From assembly GCA_934095965.1 (NCBI GenBank), contig CAKOKR010000002.1:11287-75286 (forward strand): a DNA stretch of 64,000 bases, in the 5' to 3' direction. The translations under genes and the position numbers were made by a program. Positions 27,077 through 37,253 of the stretch are shown here, piece after piece. Below the pieces are notes generated by a model. That model ran no database searches and was not told the DNA's origin. It saw nothing but the letters and a program-made list of their open reading frames with translations. Each line of letters starts with the position of its first letter. Within the stretch, counting starts at the first letter, position 1. Source of the DNA: an uncultured Bacilli bacterium (lineage in GTDB: Bacteria > Bacillota_I > Bacilli_A > RF39 > UBA660).

Positions 27077-28894
27077 TTATTCCCCTTGAAAAAAAGTTTC
27101 ATACCATTTTATAAATGTATATATTGTCCATATCTTTCTATAGTTATCCTTTTTACCACTTATATGTTCATCAAACATTTTATTAACTACTTTTGTATTA
27201 AAATATTTATTAGCAACATCACTATTCAAAGCTCTTTTTACTTCTTCCATAAATGTTCCTTCCTTCATCCATTCTCTAACAGGAACTGGAAAACCTAACT
27301 TTTTCTTTTTATATGCTTCAGTTGGAATAACTTCCTTCGCAGCATCTCTTAATGCAACTTTTGTATTTTCTTTAGTAACTTTATAATCAAAAGGAAGACT
27401 TGATGCTACTTTAAATACTTCTTTATCAATAAATGGAACTCTTCCTTCTAAGGATGATGCCATAGTCATTCTATCAGCTTTAAGAAGTATATCCTTCATT
27501 AACCAAAAATTAATATCTATCGCTTGCATCTTATCTATATTACTATAACCTTTAAATTCATTATATACATCACGAGTTACATCAATTGCTTGTAAACTAT
27601 ATTTATTTTTTAATACTTTATTAGCCATTTTCTTAGAAAAATTTCTATTAACACCAATATAGCTATTTTCTAATCTTTCTCCTCGTCTTACTAAGAAATT
27701 AAATCCTCTTCCTTCTGGAAATATTCCTGCTATTTTACCAATTATATGTCTTATCGGATAAGGAATTTTATTATATCCTTGATAATCAACTTCTTCTCTA
27801 TAATAGTTATATCCTCCAAAGAATTCATCAGCACCTTCACCAGATAAAACAACCTTTAAATCTTTACTTGCAAGTTTAGCAACAAAATATAATGATATCG
27901 CCGCTGGATCACTCGTAGGTTCATCTAAATGATACATAATATTCCCAATATTTTCTAAATATTCTTCTTTAGTAATAATCTTACTTTTATTTTCAATACC
28001 AAGTTTACTTGCTAAATCTTTAGCATACATTGTTTCATCATACTTTTTATTTTCATAACCAACCGTATAAGTTTTATTTGGTTTAGCTAAAGATACAATA
28101 TATGATGAATCAACCCCACTTGATAAAAAAGAACCAACTTCAACATCTGCAAGTAAATGTCTTTTAACACTATCCTCCATTACATTACCAATATTTTTCA
28201 CAGCTTCTTCATAACTCATATTTTTTTCTTTAAAATCAAGTTTAAAATATTTATTAATTTTTATATCTCCATCTTTAAATAATAAACTAGAACCAGCATC
28301 CAATCTATAAACACCTTTAAAGAAAGTTTCATTCGTAGGTACAAAACTAAATTCAAGATAAGTTTCTAAAATACTTTCATTAAACACTTTATCAAATTCA
28401 GGTACATCTAAAAATGCTTTTATTTCTGATGCAAACATGAAAGCTTTATTCATATAAGCATAATACATCGGTTTAATACCAAAATTATCACGTGCTAAAA
28501 ATACTTCATTTCTATTTTTATCATAAATTGCAAATGAAAACATACCCCTTAAATGTTTTGGTAAATCTGTATGCCACTCTTCATAACCATGAACTAAAAC
28601 TTCCGTATCACTCTTAGTTTTAAAAGTATGACCAAGTTTTACAAGTTCTTCTTTTAACTCAATATAATTATAAATTTCTCCATTATAAACAGTAACAATA
28701 CTTTCATCTTCATTAAACATTGGTTGATCACCCGTAGATAAATCAATAATTGATAATCTTCGATGACCAAAAGCAACATCACCATCTATAAAATAACCCT
28801 CACCATCAGGTCCACGATGAGATATTCTATCATTCATCTTTTTAATTACATCATTCTTTTCACCTTTTTTAATAATACCAACAATTCCACACAT
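27077..28894 (-). CDS. asnB: Asparagine synthase (glutamine-hydrolysing)
   Basis: MCGIVGII N-terminal nucleophile Cys; SSGVDSS PP-loop. ATG at 28894 is preceded by AGGTGA (the track start is a GTG). Confidence 0.9.
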   Translation of the reverse strand: MCGIVGIIKKGEKNDVIKKMNDRISHRGPDGEGYFIDGDVAFGHRRLSIIDLSTGDQPMFNEDESIVTVYNGEIYNYIELKEELVKLGHTFKTKSDTEVLVHGYEEWHTDLPKHLRGMFSFAIYDKNRNEVFLARDNFGIKPMYYAYMNKAFMFASEIKAFLDVPEFDKVFNESILETYLEFSFVPTNETFFKGVYRLDAGSSLLFKDGDIKINKYFKLDFKEKNMSYEEAVKNIGNVMEDSVKRHLLADVEVGSFLSSGVDSSYIVSLAKPNKTYTVGYENKKYDETMYAKDLASKLGIENKSKIITKEEYLENIGNIMYHLDEPTSDPAAISLYFVAKLASKDLKVVLSGEGADEFFGGYNYYREEVDYQGYNKIPYPIRHIIGKIAGIFPEGRGFNFLVRRGERLENSYIGVNRNFSKKMANKVLKNKYSLQAIDVTRDVYNEFKGYSNIDKMQAIDINFWLMKDILLKADRMTMASSLEGRVPFIDKEVFKVASSLPFDYKVTKENTKVALRDAAKEVIPTEAYKKKKLGFPVPVREWMKEGTFMEEVKRALNSDVANKYFNTKVVNKMFDEHISGKKDNYRKIWTIYTFIKWYETFFQGE

Positions 28895-28895
28895 T

Positions 28896-30842
28896 TTAAT
28901 CACCTATAACTTTCTTATAATAATTGTTTTCCATAATATTTTTACTCATTAGTACTTTATTATTAACTATTTTATTCATTGTATTTATATATTCATCTGT
29001 TACCGTTATTCCATCAATAGGTACAAACCTTTTAGTATTAGCAAAATATGTTCCTTTATCACTTACCCAACTTCTGTTTCCAAATATTGCCAGACCTTCA
29101 TTTGTACTTAAAATATCTTTACCAATAATTAATCTAGAATCATATTTAACACCAAATAAATTATATATTGTTGGAAGAACATCAATCTGACTACCAACTT
29201 TATCAACTTCTACTGTGTCCATCTTATTATTCCATAATATAAAATTACTTTTATTTACTAGAACTACACTATCTTTTTTATAACTACTTATTTCATTTAT
29301 TTCATTAATACTCATATAATATGGATAATGATCTCCTACTAAAGCAATAACAGTATTATCCAAAACTCCAGCATCTTGAAGACTAGAAATTAATTTTTCT
29401 AAAGCTCTATCAAGTTCAATCTGAGCTGCTAAATATGCTAAAGTTTTTTCACTATAATTTAAACCATCTACTAATTTTTTATTCTTCTTAGCTATTGCAC
29501 TTTTACTCCATCCATAATCACCATGACCACTTACTGTTACATAATATGTAAAAAATGGTTTATCACTATTTATATAATCATTAACTGTTGCATTAATCAT
29601 TTCTAAATCACTCTCTGGCCATATCTTACAATTAATACTTTTCTCTAACCCATTATTACACCCTTTAAAATTATCAAAACCTAAACTCTTCAAATAAATA
29701 TATCTATTTTGAAAATATATACTATGATCATGATAAGCATATGTATTATATCCCATATCATTAAAAACCTTACCAATACCAAATGGATACTCATTACTAC
29801 CATTTTTCCAAGGACTCAAAAAACCAGATGCTGCAACTAACCCAGTAAGTTCTTGAAATTCTCCTCCAATTGTACTACTAATCGTCGGTGTATAAAAATT
29901 ATTAAACTTAAACCCACCATTAACAAGTTTATATAACGTCGGAGTTAAATATTCACTAACAGCTATTTCATTAAAACTTTCTGCCATAAATAGTATTAAA
30001 TTTTTACCCTTAAAATATTCAGTATATTTATTTTTTAAAGTGCCACTTTCGTTTTGAAAGTACTCATGCATCTCTTTTATAGTTTGATTATTCTCATTAC
30101 TAATTAATTTATCAAAATCTATATTTAAATTATTATACCCATATATAATTTCATCAGATGGGATATTCCCATTAGTCATATCATTATCTTTATTTATAAT
30201 ACTTATACTTTCTTTAAACCCAAATAAACTTCTATAACTATCAATTAAAAATGTATGAAATACACCAAACTTCTCTATATTTAAAGAAACATTATTAACT
30301 TTATAATAAAGTTCATATGCATCATTCTTTTTAATATTTAAACTAAATATAAATATAAAATAAATTAAAATAGATAAAATTGTTTTAATAGCACTTATTT
30401 TAATACTTTCTTTTTCAATAACAATTATATGATTAAATATAAGAAGAACAATAAATGGCAACATAAAAAGTAATACTCCGATTGCATTTGATAAAACTAC
30501 CATCAAACCATCACCAGCAAAAGATGCCACTTGATCAGTTGCTCCAATAAGTCCCCAATCAAAATAAAAACTAAATAATCTAAATACACATAACTGAATA
30601 CTATAAAGTAATCCAAGCAAAAATATATTAATTAAAAACAATGCTTTATTAACATTTCTATTAAATAATTTCCCTATTCCATGAAAAAGAACAGTAATAA
30701 ATAAACTAAATATTAAAACATACCAAATACTATTATTAAATATACTTATATGTGTTAATATTCTACTTACTACTTCCATATAGATTAAAATAAAAAAAGT
30801 AATAATACCAAAATGAAATTTTCTTAACCTAAATTTTTTCAT
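28896..30842 (-). CDS. LTA-synthase-family sulfatase-domain membrane protein (LtaS-like)
   Basis: Five N-terminal TM segments plus an extracellular alkaline-phosphatase/sulfatase-like domain (LILFMAESF, VALVGDHYPY). Confidence 0.65.
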   Translation of the reverse strand: MKKFRLRKFHFGIITFFILIYMEVVSRILTHISIFNNSIWYVLIFSLFITVLFHGIGKLFNRNVNKALFLINIFLLGLLYSIQLCVFRLFSFYFDWGLIGATDQVASFAGDGLMVVLSNAIGVLLFMLPFIVLLIFNHIIVIEKESIKISAIKTILSILIYFIFIFSLNIKKNDAYELYYKVNNVSLNIEKFGVFHTFLIDSYRSLFGFKESISIINKDNDMTNGNIPSDEIIYGYNNLNIDFDKLISNENNQTIKEMHEYFQNESGTLKNKYTEYFKGKNLILFMAESFNEIAVSEYLTPTLYKLVNGGFKFNNFYTPTISSTIGGEFQELTGLVAASGFLSPWKNGSNEYPFGIGKVFNDMGYNTYAYHDHSIYFQNRYIYLKSLGFDNFKGCNNGLEKSINCKIWPESDLEMINATVNDYINSDKPFFTYYVTVSGHGDYGWSKSAIAKKNKKLVDGLNYSEKTLAYLAAQIELDRALEKLISSLQDAGVLDNTVIALVGDHYPYYMSINEINEISSYKKDSVVLVNKSNFILWNNKMDTVEVDKVGSQIDVLPTIYNLFGVKYDSRLIIGKDILSTNEGLAIFGNRSWVSDKGTYFANTKRFVPIDGITVTDEYINTMNKIVNNKVLMSKNIMENNYYKKVIGD

Positions 30843-31034
30843 AAATACCTCACCTCCATTATACCACTAAAACCCCATATTTACCTAATCTAATTTACAC
30901 TATTTTACAACTATTAACACTTCTAACTAACTACAGTTTCAATATAACATATGTTTGTTATATTGTCAATACAATTTCTATTTTTTTATAATATCTCATA
31001 TTGTACACTTATTTTTTAACAAACAAAAAGAAAG

Positions 31035-32324
31035 TCAACTAACAACTTTCTTCAAATTATTATTATCAATTATAAATACATCATTAGTAATACTTTTAAT
31101 CATCGGATAACTAATATTATTTAAAACATCATTTAAATATCCAACCCCACTAATAATAGGTACTTCAAAACTAATTAAATTAATAGTTCCATCATCACTA
31201 ATTTTACTATAATATAATTTATAATATTGACCTTCACTACTTATAATAAGTAAATTATTATTTGTAACAACTACCCTTACTACATCAGATATATCTAAAA
31301 TTTTATCATCCACCATGGCTTTGCCATTTTTTAAATAATATCTAACACCATTAACATTATAATCATCATAACCATAATAATGAGTCTCAACTAAATCAAA
31401 ACTAACCTCTTCATATACAGGACAAACATAATACTTATTTAAATCAACTCCTGATAAAGAAAACAATACATTATTTATAACAATTAAACAAATACCTACA
31501 TAAATACCTGCATCAAATATTTTAACATTAGAATCTTTATTATTATTTTTCTTATAAATTCTAGCACTAAAAAGCAAATAAATTAAACTCATAAGTATTG
31601 ATGTAATCATTGAATTAATAGTAATACTAATAGGTACATCACTTAAATAACTACATCCAGTAACTAAATTAACTTCTCCAAGTAAAACACAAAAATCATA
31701 AAAACTATGTAAGAAAATTAAAGCCCAAATATTTCTACTTATATGATAAATGGTACCAAATAATACCCCAATAGCTGTTGCTTGAAAAATCTGAACCACC
31801 GTAGTTAACAAATCTTGTCCAGCAAATAAATTAGTTAAATGAACAAAACCAAATATTACACCACTTAAAACTATAGAAAAAATAACTGCTTTACTACTAT
31901 TTCCATATTCATCAAGTAATATCCCTTCAATTATTCCTCTAAAAAATACTTCTTCAAATATACCAATACATATTGCATACAACACCAAACTAATTAAATC
32001 CCCACTATTTGCACTAAATAAATTATTTAAATTAGTAAGTAACACTAATATACTTAACACTACAATTGGTATACATAAAAATACACTTTTTCTAAAACCT
32101 AATCTTTTTTCTTTAAATATCTTTACTCTTTTTAAAACAACACACAAGAATACTGCAAACAAAACCATTGTTATTTCACTTGCTAAATATAATGTATATT
32201 TTCCATTAAATGATTGATATATAGGTAAAGCAATTAAACTACCTAATAAATTAGAAACTATTTCAAAACCAATAAATATAATAACTACTTTAATTAATGT
32301 TTTAACTAAATTTTTATTCATCAT
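31035..32324 (-). CDS. CPBP-family intramembrane glutamic endopeptidase with an extra C-terminal soluble domain
   Basis: EEVFFRG, FGFVH and FLHSFYD motifs. Confidence 0.75.
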   Translation of the reverse strand: MMNKNLVKTLIKVVIIFIGFEIVSNLLGSLIALPIYQSFNGKYTLYLASEITMVLFAVFLCVVLKRVKIFKEKRLGFRKSVFLCIPIVVLSILVLLTNLNNLFSANSGDLISLVLYAICIGIFEEVFFRGIIEGILLDEYGNSSKAVIFSIVLSGVIFGFVHLTNLFAGQDLLTTVVQIFQATAIGVLFGTIYHISRNIWALIFLHSFYDFCVLLGEVNLVTGCSYLSDVPISITINSMITSILMSLIYLLFSARIYKKNNNKDSNVKIFDAGIYVGICLIVINNVLFSLSGVDLNKYYVCPVYEEVSFDLVETHYYGYDDYNVNGVRYYLKNGKAMVDDKILDISDVVRVVVTNNNLLIISSEGQYYKLYYSKISDDGTINLISFEVPIISGVGYLNDVLNNISYPMIKSITNDVFIIDNNNLKKVVS

Positions 32325-33046
32325 TAACCTATATTAATTACATTTGTATAAATCTGAGAAACATCCTCAATATCATCAAGCAAATTATATAATCTATCAA
32401 ATATTTCTTTATCTTCACCACTTAAAGTAATCTTTTCTTTAGCATACATACCAACTTCATCAATTTCATAATCTACTTCTCCAAGTAAATTTTCTAAAAC
32501 ATCTTTAGTTTTATTAACATCACTAGGATTCAAACTAAGGGTAATATATCCATCTTCATTTTCAATATCAACAATTTCAATACCTTCATTTAAAAGTGCA
32601 TCAAATATCTTTTCTTCATCATCAAACTTAAATGATAAAATACCTAAGTGATCATAATTATATGATACAGAATTACTAACTCCCAAACTTTTATTAACCT
32701 TATTAAAAGCAGCTCTAACCATACCAACTGTTCTATTAACATTATCAGTTAAACACTTAATAATTAAAGTTGATGCCCCAGGTCCAAATCCTTCATAAAT
32801 AACTTCATGATATTCATCTTGTCCAAGTCCTTTTGCTTTATCTAATGCTCTTGTAATGATATCACTTGGCACTTGATTTTTCTTTGCTTTATCAATCAAT
32901 CTTTTTAATGTGACATTAGCATCTGGATTTGGACTTCCTTTCTTAGCTGCTAAATATATTTCTTTAGCATATGTTGTATAAATCTTCCCCTTTGCTGCTC
33001 CTGTTTTTTGAATACTTGCCTTTCTTACTTCATAAGCTCTTCCCAT
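32324..33046 (-). CDS. YebC/PmpR-family DNA-binding regulator
   Basis: Family-wide pattern KEIYLAAKKGSPNPDANVTLKRLIDKAKKNQVPSDIITRALDKAKG. Confidence 0.85.
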   Translation of the reverse strand: MGRAYEVRKASIQKTGAAKGKIYTTYAKEIYLAAKKGSPNPDANVTLKRLIDKAKKNQVPSDIITRALDKAKGLGQDEYHEVIYEGFGPGASTLIIKCLTDNVNRTVGMVRAAFNKVNKSLGVSNSVSYNYDHLGILSFKFDDEEKIFDALLNEGIEIVDIENEDGYITLSLNPSDVNKTKDVLENLLGEVDYEIDEVGMYAKEKITLSGEDKEIFDRLYNLLDDIEDVSQIYTNVINIG

Positions 33047-34085
33047 TATAATTACCTCCTAAACTTTTAACAAACTTATAAACATCACTATCAATTCTAG
33101 TAAACCTTATTCTTTTTATTACATCTTTTATTCTATACACATTGTAATATGTAAACCTCTCTTTTTTCATTACATATTCAACTACTTTAATAACTAATCT
33201 TTTTTCATCTTTAGTACCAAACAATTTACTCATAGAATAAACTATATCTTTATCTACATATTTAAGTAAATATTTATAATACCATTTTCTTCTTTTTTTA
33301 AAGATATATTTTTTTCCATCAAAATCTCCAACTTCTTTAAGAGTATCATAATAACCCATTTTAATCATTTCATCTATATCTTTTTTCTTAAAATCAAGTA
33401 TATTATATAACTTCTTCCTTGGCTTAATAACTATTATCTTTTTTCTATCTTTATATGGTCTCCTTAAGCCAATTGCTTCTAAATCTATTACATATACTTT
33501 ATCATACCCCATATTAATTAACATATTCGCTGGTATATAATCATGAAAACCCCCATCTAAGTAATAATTATTATCAATCATTTTTTCTAACTTAAATACA
33601 GGTAAATAACATGATGCTAAAATATATTCATTTAAATGTTTCTTATCTATATCTTTTTTTAACATATACCTTGGTTTAAAATCATTAAATCTAACAGTTA
33701 CTAAACCAAAATCCTTCTTACTTTCATAAAGGTATTTTTCTAAATGAAACTCTTTTAATTTTTCTTTTAAACCAATCGTACTAATACCCCTATTACTTAT
33801 AATATTCTTTATATTTTTAAGTATCTCTATTACATCTATTTTATCATGATTTGCACTATCCACTAATTCTTTAGAAAAACCAAGTATCTCTCCAGCATCC
33901 ATATTAGACCAAAAATCATATAACTCTAAAAATTTTCCACTAGCACACATACATGCATTAAATGCACCAATACTTGTTCCAACAAACCCATCAACCTTTA
34001 TATTTAAATCTCTAAAAGCTTTATAAGCACCAACCTGATAAGCGCCTCTTAATCCCCCACCAGAAAATGCAATACCTACTTTCAT
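33030..34085 (-). CDS. Patatin-like phospholipase
   Basis: GGGLRGAYQVG oxyanion motif, GTSIGA nucleophile elbow, and a DGG catalytic Asp. Confidence 0.8.
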   Translation of the reverse strand: MKVGIAFSGGGLRGAYQVGAYKAFRDLNIKVDGFVGTSIGAFNACMCASGKFLELYDFWSNMDAGEILGFSKELVDSANHDKIDVIEILKNIKNIISNRGISTIGLKEKLKEFHLEKYLYESKKDFGLVTVRFNDFKPRYMLKKDIDKKHLNEYILASCYLPVFKLEKMIDNNYYLDGGFHDYIPANMLINMGYDKVYVIDLEAIGLRRPYKDRKKIIVIKPRKKLYNILDFKKKDIDEMIKMGYYDTLKEVGDFDGKKYIFKKRRKWYYKYLLKYVDKDIVYSMSKLFGTKDEKRLVIKVVEYVMKKERFTYYNVYRIKDVIKRIRFTRIDSDVYKFVKSLGGNYNGKSL

Positions 34086-34996
34086 TATTTCACCAAAATT
34101 CTAGCAAGCAATCTATTAATCTTTCTTCCATTTTTTCTTTTTTGTTTTATTCTTTTATAATATTGCCCTAATGAATCATTTCTATAATGTATTAAATCAT
34201 TAAGTTCATCTCTATCACTACACACTGGACTAACATAATCTTTTTCTAAGAACAATCTTGCACTAACATATTTAAAACTTAAACCATTATATTCCAGTAG
34301 TCTATCTAAAATATTACCATATACAACCGGAACATCCCCAGTTACATTAAAAGTCTTTTTATTTAATTCATCACTATATTTAATACCCTTTACAAAAGCA
34401 TAAGCACAATCTTCTTTAGTAATAACATCCATTAAATCATTTCTATTTCCATGATACATAAATGTTTCACATAAACCATCACTTAACACCAAAGGTATTC
34501 TATATATAGTATAGTTTTTTAACTTACTTTTAATTAAATTTTCTGCATCTAATTTAGCTTGTTCAAAATAATCAAGCTTATCAAGAGTAATCTTACTCTT
34601 TACACTAGGATTCTTTATATTTTTATAAAGTGATGTAGTTGATGCATAAAACAAATGACACTTCGGATTATAATAATTTATTGCTCTGACAATATTTTCA
34701 CACCCTCCATAATCAATAGCATAAGCAAGTCCTTTTTTCATATTACCAAGTGGAGGCATGGCACTTGCTAAATAAATAATATAATCATGATCTTTAACTA
34801 ATGCTTCCATTAAAACTCTATCAGTTACATCACCATATAATATATTTACTCTCTTTTTAAAACGTTTAAGTCTATCCATAACTAATTTATTTTTCAAATC
34901 CATAATAGTTATTTCATATCTTCCTTCACTAAGTAAATATTTAACAGTATGAACCCCAACAGCACCGGCAGCACCAACCACTAAAACTTTCTTCAT
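34085..34996 (-). CDS. NAD-dependent epimerase/dehydratase (extended SDR)
   Basis: VVGAAGAVG Rossmann motif and YxxxK-type core. Confidence 0.7.
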   Translation of the reverse strand: MKKVLVVGAAGAVGVHTVKYLLSEGRYEITIMDLKNKLVMDRLKRFKKRVNILYGDVTDRVLMEALVKDHDYIIYLASAMPPLGNMKKGLAYAIDYGGCENIVRAINYYNPKCHLFYASTTSLYKNIKNPSVKSKITLDKLDYFEQAKLDAENLIKSKLKNYTIYRIPLVLSDGLCETFMYHGNRNDLMDVITKEDCAYAFVKGIKYSDELNKKTFNVTGDVPVVYGNILDRLLEYNGLSFKYVSARLFLEKDYVSPVCSDRDELNDLIHYRNDSLGQYYKRIKQKRKNGRKINRLLARILVK

Positions 34997-35012
34997 GCAT
35001 ATTTCACATCCT

Positions 35013-35738
35013 TTAAATTAAATTTATAATGATTAATATTATTATACCAATAATTATACCATAAATAGTTTCTTTTTTATGTATTTCTTGTATTATTTCT
35101 TTTAAAAGTTCAAAAATTAATATATGAAGAAGCATCCCAACTGTTAAAGAAAGAATTATTGCTTCTACTAAATAATTAAATGAACCAAATATACTAAATA
35201 GTAATCCTCCAATAAAACCACTTAAAACAAGTAAACAAATAAGTCCATTATTTTCTTTATTCTTACCAAAACTACCTATTTGAAACCCAAATGGCAAATT
35301 ATGTAAACCAATACCAAGTAACATAAGTAATCCACTTTTAATATTATTACTTGCAACACCATATAAAGCCATACCCTCAATCATATTATGTAAAAGTAAC
35401 GCTGTAATAGTTACAGTACTTATATGCTCCATATGAAGTACATGGTCAATCTTTTCTTCATCATCTTCATGATGTTCATGTTCATGATGAGGTACCAACT
35501 TATCAAGCATAAATAAAATTATAAATCCAAGTAAAACAAATAATGACATCCACCATTTACCAGATTCAATTACCTCAGGTAACAAATCAAAACAAACTAA
35601 CCCAATTATAACTACACCAGCACATGCAATTGATGCATGAGTAAGCATAAGTTTATTATTACTATATTTATAGATAATTATTCCAACTAAAAAGAACAAC
35701 CCACTAAAAAGTGTTAATAATAATGCCATAAGTACCAC
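35013..35738 (-). CDS. ZIP-family zinc transporter (ZupT-like)
   Basis: His-rich loop HHEHEHHEDDEE. LHNMIEGMA and GLHNLPFG motifs. Start may be the ATG at 35729. Confidence 0.8.
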   Translation of the reverse strand: MVLMALLLTLFSGLFFLVGIIIYKYSNNKLMLTHASIACAGVVIIGLVCFDLLPEVIESGKWWMSLFVLLGFIILFMLDKLVPHHEHEHHEDDEEKIDHVLHMEHISTVTITALLLHNMIEGMALYGVASNNIKSGLLMLLGIGLHNLPFGFQIGSFGKNKENNGLICLLVLSGFIGGLLFSIFGSFNYLVEAIILSLTVGMLLHILIFELLKEIIQEIHKKETIYGIIIGIIILIIINLI

Positions 35739-35848
35739 ATCTCTTTTCTCTAGTATTTTACCAAAAAAAAGAACATTTTACAAGATTAACAAGTAATAAA
35801 TTTACAGTTAGTTTAGTTTATTAAGATACAAAACTCAAAATTCATAAA

Positions 35849-36352
35849 TTACTCAATTGATTTTTTATATTTATTTAAAGATTTTAGAAAAATTCTCCCC
35901 ATTTTTTCAATATTAATTTTTAACTTTTTTGTTATTAATCCATCATATTCTGTGATACCATAACTTTCAACTTCAAAAGGAAATTGAAAATCATCATCAT
36001 TAACAAATGAAATTTCAAGAACTTCACTTGAAATTTTATCAGTTTAAACAACAGAATTTCCAGCATGAATAAAAGCACATCTTAATTGATAAAATAAATG
36101 TCCATTTAAAATAAATTCAATTAAATTATTACCTAATCCATCGGTAAAGCGATAATTTTCCGCAACGTACATATCAAACCATTTAATATACTTTTCTTTT
36201 TTATCTCCATTCATTTTTTTAGAAAACACATCAGGAATCATAAAGCAAGTTGCTAAAACTGCAACTTCATTATAATTTTCTAAAGAATTCTTCAATGACT
36301 TAACTATTACATCAATATTTAATTTTTCATTAAATTTTAAAAATACTTTCAT
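35849..36352 (-). pseudogene. Hypothetical gene interrupted by an in-frame TAA
   Basis: The 102-aa ORF ends at TAA (36044-36046). The same frame stays open for 64 more codons (TDKISSEVLEISFVNDDDFQFPFEV...KKSIE) to the TAA at 35849-35851. Confidence 0.45.
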
Positions 36353-36415
36353 GAAAACATCCCCTTAATAACATATATTAACATATAATTATATAATTGT
36401 AAAAACATAAAGACA

Positions 36416-36437
36416 AATAAAAAAAGGACCGAAGTCC
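36416..36437 (-). terminator. Strong terminator after the 214-aa secreted protein gene
   Basis: GGAC-TTCG-GTCC followed by a T-run on the minus strand. Confidence 0.8.
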
Positions 36438-36452
36438 AATTTTATATTGTTA

Positions 36453-37097
36453 TTATTTACAATTAGTTTTATCAAACTTAACAGCACCTTCAAAGTTTTT
36501 ACCAGTGTTATCGTTTTGATCAACGCCTAAGTTCTTTAATGTTACAGTTAATGTCCAAGAATCAGAAACTGTAGCACCAGCATCAGCAACTAACTTATGA
36601 GTATAATCAGTACCACCAGCAGTTGTAGGAATTTGAACATTAGTCTTAGTAGTTGTTATATTCATCTTGTCGATAATAGTTGTACTACCTTTAACTGCAG
36701 TAAATTCAAGTTCAGCAGCACTCTCAGTATTAGTTTTAGATACAACAAATGTATTATTTGTTATTGCTAAAGTTGCTGTATAACACATAGTACGATCAGC
36801 TTCTGCAACTTCTCCACCTTTAACATTAGTTGGAGCTGTCCATTCAACTGTACCAGTAGAAGTACCAGTTTGGTCACCCTTACCTTGAGCAAAGTTAGTA
36901 GCATCAGCATAAATGTTGATAGCTTTGAAAGTTCCTAATGAAGAACTACCAGCTTTACCAGTATTAACAACGACATCTGCTTGAGATGCACTACCACCTT
37001 GAGCAGTGAAGTATGCAAATGTAGCACCAACAACTGCAACTAATAAAGTAGCAACTGCGATAACTGTTAATAAGATTGTGTTTTTCTTATTTTCCAT
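36453..37097 (-). CDS. Secreted TasA/camelysin-like protein with SipW-type signal peptide; probably abundant structural subunit
   Basis: ATG at 37097 is preceded by GGAGGA. N-terminus MENKKNTILLTVIAVATLLVAVVGATFAYFTAQ. Thr/Ala/Gly-rich. Codon choice (AAC, AAG, GGT, ACT, CGT) differs from neighbours. Has its own promoter and a strong terminator. Confidence 0.7.
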   Translation of the reverse strand: MENKKNTILLTVIAVATLLVAVVGATFAYFTAQGGSASQADVVVNTGKAGSSSLGTFKAINIYADATNFAQGKGDQTGTSTGTVEWTAPTNVKGGEVAEADRTMCYTATLAITNNTFVVSKTNTESAAELEFTAVKGSTTIIDKMNITTTKTNVQIPTTAGGTDYTHKLVADAGATVSDSWTLTVTLKNLGVDQNDNTGKNFEGAVKFDKTNCK

Positions 37098-37219
37098 TTT
37101 TATGTCCTCCTCTATTCTAATGATAGCATTTTTTAATATGAAAATCAACACTAAGTTGTTAATTTTCCAAAATTTTTTTACAATATTTTCATCTACACAT
37201 TTTTATAGTAAAATATAAA

Positions 37220-37249
37220 CAAAAATTTTACAGTATTTAACTGTAAAAT
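37220..37249 (-). terminator. Terminator after the 374-aa secreted protein gene
   Basis: TTTTACAG-7 nt-CTGTAAAA with T5 on the minus strand. Confidence 0.65.
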
Positions 37250-37253
37250 TAAT

